From Moraxella nasicaprae (GTDB lineage Bacteria > Pseudomonadota > Gammaproteobacteria > Pseudomonadales > Moraxellaceae): a stretch of DNA of 32,000 nucleotides. The notes beneath the pieces are model-generated. The model saw nothing but the letters and a program-made list of their open reading frames with translations, was not told the DNA's origin and made no database searches. Where the stretch lies: contig NZ_CP089977.1 of assembly GCF_025643275.1 (NCBI RefSeq), positions 990,001 through 1,022,000 on the forward strand, in the 5' to 3' direction. Made by a program: the position numbers and the translations under genes. Below are positions 26,276 to 32,000 of the stretch, in pieces; the first letter of the stretch is position 1, and each line of letters opens with the position of its first letter.

Positions 26276-29071
26276 TTAAAAAATACGAGACCTAAAATCC
26301 CCTCCAAAGTCATTTACACCTCGAGGATCGCTATTAAAGAATTTAAAGCCTAAGCATTTTATTTCTTGGTAATTTTTGGATTTGACTTCCTCCAAATATT
26401 GGGGATTATCCACATTGTCATTACCTGCTTTAAAGCTCACTTGACTATTTTTCTCCAAGGAAATCAAAGCCTTTTCTTTCCATTCATCGTGTGCCAATAA
26501 ATGTCCACCTTTTGGTTCAATCAAACATTGATAATACATTTGTTGATTGATAACATCATTGATGATTAGCATATAGTCAGGACTAAATCGTCTTCCATCC
26601 TCAAGGTTAAACAAATAATAATCCAATTCATTACGAATTAAAAAGATTTCAGCACCTTGATATTTTTGCTTTAATTCATCAATTTGACTATCAATAAATT
26701 TAACAAAACGCTTTTCTTCGCTTGTACCATAGTTTTCATTATAAGCATACCAATCTGATTGACTAATATCTAAACTAAGCTCAGTATTTTGATGATTGGT
26801 TTGTTCTTTTGCCCGCTCATTTGGCGTTATGTACTCTCGCTCACCCGTATTTTCGTTAATGCTTGGATAAGCCACCAAATAGATGTTTTTTTCTTGTTCA
26901 AAGACTTGTGCCAAAGGCTTTGGTCTAAACACTTTTGAACCAATGATTTGTGGCAAATGTTTGTCAATCAATTTGCGAATCTCTGGCAAAATAACATTAA
27001 CCAATAATTGCAATTTTTCATTGGCACTCAGCTCGTCAATATCCTTACCTTGTTCATAAGAAAAACAAATATCATATTTTGGCAAATAATCCTCAATCAA
27101 AGTATCAATGCTATCTAAATCAGTAATGTGATTTTTGATATTTTTAAACCAAAAAAAGCCGTTTTCTGCACCAATCAGGGCTTTTCTTAGTAAAGCACGA
27201 GAAAAAAATTCATCCGTTAGCCTGATATTTTTTTCTTGAATGCTAGCTTGTCGCTTATTTTGCTCAACATCGGTCAAGCCACGACTATGCAAACGATAAA
27301 AACTCGCTTTAATAGAGCGATTAAAGGCTTTATCAATATCGCTTTGCTCGGTTTTTTTACGATATTCTTGTTCATTAACCAATACAAAGCCGTGCTGATA
27401 AGTCTGACTTTGCATAAACGATGTTTTTAGACGAATGGTGCGTTTTTCCACGCCTTGATTGACAATGCCTTCGTCTAATAATTGCTTTTGCAATTCGTCC
27501 AAAAACACACCAGTTTTGACAAAATGATAATAAAAAGTTTCTAAGATTCTGCCATTTTCGGTAGGGGCGTGATCAAATTTTCTTTGATATTTTTTATTCT
27601 CAAGTTGCACCCCAAACCAATCTCCCTTTAAAAGAAAGTTTTTTGGTACATCATAAGGACATAATCTTGCTCCACGCCCAATCAACTGAATATCTTGCAA
27701 TGATACTTTTTTGCTTGCCGAAATATCAAAATGCACAATATCAAACAGACTTAATACATCCCAGCCCTCGTTTAATGCATTAACCGAAAAAATCGCCCGA
27801 ATGGTATTTCTGACATTGTCCAACAATGGCAACAAATCTGCACGCTCTTTATCTTTACTGTTATAAATCATCGTATTATTTTCAGCAAAGCGTTCTTTGA
27901 TATGCACAATAAATGTTCGTAAACCACGCTCATCATTTGTAGAACCCAAATGATTTTTAATCCATTCAAACATTTGACGGATTAAAACCTGACTGTCATC
28001 AAGCAAATCGGCTGGATGATTTTGCTGCAAATGTTCAAAGTCCTCAATACGCAAAGATGCAATCACACGATGAAAAAATTCACGATCTTTGGCACTTTGA
28101 GCGATTTTGATTGATTTAATTAACACAATCGGATTAATGATGGCTTTCATTTCTCGTTCAGCATACAGCCGACGATATTCGCTCAATGCCACCGCATTGA
28201 CAATCAAGCGTCTTTTTTGGTCTTCAATTTGCGTTTCTTCATTAAATAAAAACTTCACATCTTTACTAAAACCGTCTTTATTAAACTGCAAAAAGTCGTA
28301 TTTATAAACCAGTTTATCGCTATACTTTTTGTGAATGGCTTCATTTTGCAAATCCACAGTCGCCGTAAACTCCAACAACAGATTGTTTGGATTGGCATAC
28401 AAAACAGATTGTACGGCTTTTTCCCAGTTATTTTCATCAGCAACTTCGGTTTTTCTGCGAGTATCTACATTTAAACGATGAGCCTCATCGGCGATGATGA
28501 CCGTCTGATGATGCTGAAAATGTTCTGCGGTAATGGCATTTTCTTTGGGTTCGGTAATGCGTTTAAAAAGCAGTTGCGTGCTAAAAAACAAAAAGTTAAT
28601 ACCTTCTTTTTTGGTATCTTCAAATCGCTCTATGGCTTTTATAGGGACACTTTTACCATTTAATTTAACCGATTTTTTAAACAAAAATTTTTCAAAAGTG
28701 GAATCGGTAAAGTTTTTAATCGCCTGATCTTTAATTTGTACTTGATGCACCAAAAACACAAAATTACGATAGCCCTGTTCATACAGATACAGCACAATCG
28801 CTGCCATAGTCAGTGTTTTGCCAGAGCCTGTCGCCATATTAAACAGCAAATGTTTGGCTTTTTCTAAGCCTTCATTTTCATATAAAAAAATAAAGGCTTT
28901 GACGGCATTTAGCTGATATTCACGCAATGGTTTTGCCAAATTATCGCTAATAAAATTCGGTAATTCAAAATCAGCCAACCACGCTTGATAATCCTGACGA
29001 TCTTGAATTTTTTTAAACAAAAAATCATCCAAAGTATGCTTTAACTTCACTTTTTTACTGGTCTTAGTCAT
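26276..29071 (-). CDS. res: Type III restriction-modification system restriction subunit (Res; SF2 helicase plus PD-ExK nuclease)
   Basis: Helicase motifs are present: NMATGSGKT (I), IIADEAHR (II, DEAH), LLEFTATV (III) and QLIGRGARL (VI). A C-terminal nuclease motif is present (FSPDYMLII...LIEPKG). I chose the ATG at 29071 (MTKTSKK), which overlaps the mod stop in the sequence ATGACTAA. The ORF track's 29149 start lies inside mod. Confidence 0.9.
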   Translation of the reverse strand: MTKTSKKVKLKHTLDDFLFKKIQDRQDYQAWLADFELPNFISDNLAKPLREYQLNAVKAFIFLYENEGLEKAKHLLFNMATGSGKTLTMAAIVLYLYEQGYRNFVFLVHQVQIKDQAIKNFTDSTFEKFLFKKSVKLNGKSVPIKAIERFEDTKKEGINFLFFSTQLLFKRITEPKENAITAEHFQHHQTVIIADEAHRLNVDTRRKTEVADENNWEKAVQSVLYANPNNLLLEFTATVDLQNEAIHKKYSDKLVYKYDFLQFNKDGFSKDVKFLFNEETQIEDQKRRLIVNAVALSEYRRLYAEREMKAIINPIVLIKSIKIAQSAKDREFFHRVIASLRIEDFEHLQQNHPADLLDDSQVLIRQMFEWIKNHLGSTNDERGLRTFIVHIKERFAENNTMIYNSKDKERADLLPLLDNVRNTIRAIFSVNALNEGWDVLSLFDIVHFDISASKKVSLQDIQLIGRGARLCPYDVPKNFLLKGDWFGVQLENKKYQRKFDHAPTENGRILETFYYHFVKTGVFLDELQKQLLDEGIVNQGVEKRTIRLKTSFMQSQTYQHGFVLVNEQEYRKKTEQSDIDKAFNRSIKASFYRLHSRGLTDVEQNKRQASIQEKNIRLTDEFFSRALLRKALIGAENGFFWFKNIKNHITDLDSIDTLIEDYLPKYDICFSYEQGKDIDELSANEKLQLLVNVILPEIRKLIDKHLPQIIGSKVFRPKPLAQVFEQEKNIYLVAYPSINENTGEREYITPNERAKEQTNHQNTELSLDISQSDWYAYNENYGTSEEKRFVKFIDSQIDELKQKYQGAEIFLIRNELDYYLFNLEDGRRFSPDYMLIINDVINQQMYYQCLIEPKGGHLLAHDEWKEKALISLEKNSQVSFKAGNDNVDNPQYLEEVKSKNYQEIKCLGFKFFNSDPRGVNDFGGDFRSRIF

Positions 29072-30864
29072 GACGCTCTCCATAAAATGCCTTTGATAAT
29101 GCCTTGTCTGCATCCGATACCTGATAGCGAGCGTCATCAATATCTGCATAATTAAGATAAAGTTGATTTTCGTCCAAAATTTCTAGCAATTTATTTTTGC
29201 GTTCACTCAAATCCTCAATCAAATCATCGTCATCATCTTTAAACCACTCTTTAAAATCATCAGCTTCAAACCAAAACTTCAAAAAGGCATTTTCTTTCAT
29301 TTGACGATAAACGGCATTAAGTTCCGTTTTATTATTTGCCGATATAATTTGTTCCACAAAAAGCTGATTGTACTTTTTGAGCTCAAAATAGACAAACGAG
29401 CCGCCACCTTGCCAATTGACAGCCTTGCTAATACCGCCTTGTTCGCCATCTAATACCTTTAAAAGACGAGTTTTGGTAATATCCTCAATATAATCCATCT
29501 GTTCAATGCCAATCCAACGGCGACCCATTTTATGAGCGACCGCACAAGTTGTGCCACTGCCCAAATGATAATCTAGGACGATATCGTTTTCGTTTGTACA
29601 ACTTTGGATAATTAATTGAAATAGGCTTTCAGGTTTTGGAAAGTCAAAAACTTTATTATCAAACAATTTAATTAATTCTTTTGTTGCAACTTGATTTAAA
29701 TATTGATTATCAGCAGTATCTAAACTACCGATTAATTTAAATGTGCTTTTAACTTCATTTTTATATCTTTTAAAAATAAAACCACGCTCATTTTCGCCAT
29801 GTGATTTCTTAAAAACAATTTTTCCACTTGCTACTAAATCATTAAATGAACTTTCTGCAAAACGCCAACGCAAACCCGCATTTGGAACATCAATTTTTCC
29901 TGTATAGGGATTTTTAATTTCCATTAGATTTTTAGTTTTTCTACCATCATCTTGTGCTGTAGGGTCAGCAGACACCCAATCACCATTAGGATCATTATCA
30001 GGATTTTTATAATTATCAAATGTTTTTTCATCACCAATTAAAAATACATTTTCTTTTATTTTTGCAAAAATCAAAACATATTCATGTTGGATATTTAATC
30101 CCGTTTTAACATCATTGGCGGTTGATTTCGTTTTTCTAATCAACTCTCCAATAAAATTATTACGCCCAAAAATTTCGTCCATTAAAACTTTTAAATAAGC
30201 ATGCTCATTTTCATCAATTGAAACAAAAATCACCCCATCATCAGCCAATAATTCTTTGGCGATTTCTAGGCGGTTTTTCATAAAAACCAGCCACGATGAA
30301 TGGTTAAAATTATCATTATATTTAAAACTGTCATTACTGGTATTATAAGGCGGGTCTATATAAATCAGTTTGATTTTTCCACTTAATCGAGATTTAAGCG
30401 AATGCAAGGCAAGTAGATTATTGCCTTTGATGAGTAGATTTTGAGTTAGGTTATTATCATCATCAAAAAAATTGATTTGACTGACTTGACTTAGGTCTAA
30501 ATCAGGCGATAATGGTTGGTTGGTTGGTTGGTTGGTTGGTTGGTTGGTTGGTTGGTTGGTTGGTTGGTTGGTTGGTTGGTTGGTTGCCAATATTGTGTGC
30601 GTGATATTCAAAGCCTGTCAATACTTTTTGTTCAAAAAGTACATCGATGTCTTTGCCGTCCATTTCAAGGTGCAAAAAGCGTTCATTTCGTCCTGCATCT
30701 TCCTTATTCATGCCTGCTTCTAATACGCAGTCTTTAAACGGAAAATTCAAAACCACATCATTTTGTGTTTGTACAAAGCCTATACGCTCTGGATTGGTGC
30801 TATACAAACCAATTTTATTGCTATGCGTGGTGTAATGCCCTTTTTTCAATGAATTATCAGACAT
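29064..30864 (-). CDS. mod: Type III R-M DNA methyltransferase (Mod, N6-adenine, beta class). The gene is phase-variable and is frameshifted (OFF) at the repeat count seen here, so it would be annotated as a pseudogene.
   Basis: The ATG at 30864 has an AGGAG Shine-Dalgarno sequence (30873-30877). The N-terminal region carries the conserved Mod motif [15 protein letters not shown]. This frame reads into the CAAC tract and stops at the TGA at 30504-30502. The methyltransferase body runs from 30611 to 29064 in another frame and carries [25 protein letters not shown] (motif IV) and [10 protein letters not shown] (motif I). The span is 1801 nt, which is 3n+1. Confidence 0.9.
30513..30586 (-). repeat. 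Tetranucleotide repeat (CAAC)18 (GTTG on the + strand) inside mod
   Basis: A direct count gives 18 GTTG units from 30515 to 30586, and the periodic tract spans 30513-30586 (74 nt). It encodes NQPT repeats in all three frames. Confidence 0.97.
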
Positions 30865-30883
30865 ATTATATACTCCTGTTTTT

Positions 30884-30922
30884 GTAAAAATCAAAACAGA
30901 CCAATAAGCATTGATCTGTTTT
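30884..30922 (-). terminator. Rho-independent terminator after argH
   Basis: On the minus strand the sequence reads AAAACAGAtcaatgcttattggTCTGTTTTgaTTTTT. It lies between the argH stop (30936) and the mod ATG (30864). Confidence 0.6.
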
Positions 30923-30935
30923 ATCAATCTTAAAA

Positions 30936-32000
30936 TCAAGCAATCCGCTCTCGCCCTTTGGCAATCGCCAATTTTACCGCCTGTGGGGCTGTACCGCCAA
31001 GATGGTTACGAGCGTTTAATGAACCTTCAAGGGTCAAACACTCAAACACATCATCGCCAATCAAATCACTAAATTGCCTTAATTCATCAAGCGACAATTC
31101 TGCCAAATCCACGCTTTTTGCCACGCCAAGCCCCACAGCTTTACCCACGACTTCGTGAGCGTCCCGAAACGGCAAGCCTTTTTTAACCAAATAATCCGCC
31201 AAATCGGTGGCGGTGGCATAGCCTTTTAAGGTCGCTTGTCGCATATTTTCGGAGTTTGGCACAAGGTTTGGGAGCATATCGGCAAACGCCAAAAGCGAAC
31301 CTGTCAAAGTATCCACAATGTCAAACAAAGGCTCTTTGTCTTCTTGATTGTCTTTATTATATGCCAACGGCTGATTTTTCATCAAAGTCAAAAGCGTGGT
31401 CAAATCGCCAAATACTCGTGCCGCCTTGCCTCGTACCAGCTCTGGCACATCAGGATTTTTCTTTTGGGGCATAATAGATGAGCCTGTACAAAAGCGGTCA
31501 GGCACTTGTACAAAGTTAAATTGAGCCGACATCCACAAAATAATCTCTTCGCTCATTCTGGATAAATGCATCATCAAAATGCTGGCGGAGCTTGCAAATT
31601 CAATGGCAAAATCACGGTCAGAAACTGCGTCCAGCGAGTTTTGGCAAATGCCTTCAAAACCCAAAAGACGAGCGGTCATCGTACGGTCAATCGGATAAGT
31701 CGTGCCAGCAAGGGCGGCACTGCCTAGTGGCATTTGGTTAATTCTTTTACGAGTGTCCGTCAATCTTTCACTATCACGCACCAGCATTTCAAACCACGCC
31801 ATCAAATGATGGGCAAAGCTAATCGGCTGGGCGGTCTGTAAATGGGTAAAGCCTGGCATAATGGTATCGGTGTGCTTGTCGGCAAGGTCAAGCAGTCCGC
31901 TTTGCAGGCGTTTGAGTAGTGCCAAAATGTTGTCGGTCTCATCTCTTAGCCATAGGCGAATGTCGGTCGCCACTTGGTCGTTGCGACTTCTGCCCGTGTG
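30936..32000 (-). CDS. argH: Argininosuccinate lyase (5'-truncated by the window edge)
   Basis: The reading frame is open to nt 32000 ([17 protein letters not shown]). The fumarate-lyase signature [16 protein letters not shown] is present. The ORF track's 31973 start is an internal GTG. Confidence 0.95.
   Translation of the reverse strand, partial: HTGRSRNDQVATDIRLWLRDETDNILALLKRLQSGLLDLADKHTDTIMPGFTHLQTAQPISFAHHLMAWFEMLVRDSERLTDTRKRINQMPLGSAALAGTTYPIDRTMTARLLGFEGICQNSLDAVSDRDFAIEFASSASILMMHLSRMSEEIILWMSAQFNFVQVPDRFCTGSSIMPQKKNPDVPELVRGKAARVFGDLTTLLTLMKNQPLAYNKDNQEDKEPLFDIVDTLTGSLLAFADMLPNLVPNSENMRQATLKGYATATDLADYLVKKGLPFRDAHEVVGKAVGLGVAKSVDLAELSLDELRQFSDLIGDDVFECLTLEGSLNARNHLGGTAPQAVKLAIAKGRERIA

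Noticed and set aside
30513-30586. The repeat tract could be a CRISPR array or a mobile-element end.
   Set aside because: It is a pure 4-nt microsatellite inside a coding region, with no spacers.
29064-30611. A 515-aa ORF starting at 30611 could be read as the complete mod gene.
   Set aside because: Its start is a TTG with no Shine-Dalgarno sequence, just upstream of the repeat tract. The conserved Mod N-terminal motif (NKIGL...FPFKDCVL) is encoded upstream in another frame, from an ATG with an AGGAG Shine-Dalgarno sequence. The two ORFs are therefore one phase-shifted gene. Low-level reinitiation at 30611 cannot be excluded.
26265-30935. I looked for additional defence genes or a novel system beside the R-M cassette, such as toxin-antitoxin pairs, abortive-infection genes or small ORFs.
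   Set aside because: The interval is completely filled by mod and res. The internal plus-strand ORFs (61-73 aa) are antisense artefacts in AT-rich DNA.

Overview
This window looks like a chromosomal segment from a Moraxella-like gammaproteobacterium. That assignment rests on my recollection of the protein families and of the CAAC-type mod repeat, and it was not checked against any database. Most of the window is densely packed housekeeping genes: yigZ, rsuA, a dsbC/G-like gene, dnaJ, dapB, a yheS-like ABC-F gene with a yheT-like hydrolase, erpA, gshA, dsbB, mpl, yggX, a PduO-type adenosyltransferase gene and argH. Most of these are followed by clear rho-independent terminators. Three accessory or surface-related loci stand out. 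(1) At 26.3-30.9 kb, a visibly AT-richer Type III restriction-modification cassette (mod-res) lies between the adenosyltransferase gene and argH. Its mod gene carries an 18-unit CAAC tetranucleotide tract, which puts the methyltransferase body out of frame with its true start, so this is a phase-variable gene in a phase-OFF state. (2) A 2050-aa S6 (IgA-protease/Hap-like) serine-protease autotransporter has about 780 aa of almost pure E/A/K/R/L/Q repeats between the passenger and the beta-barrel, including 140-bp perfect internal DNA repeats. (3) A ZnuD-like TonB-dependent receptor has a His/Cys-rich loop and candidate Zur boxes nearby. Smaller observations are a C8 tract in a putative promoter spacer, a DsbC-like protein with a duplicated N-terminal domain, a J-domain gene translationally coupled to the ABC-F gene, and a possibly leaderless transcript. 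I see no rRNA, tRNA, CRISPR array, transposase or integrase. I also see no clearly novel multi-gene system beyond the Type III R-M locus.
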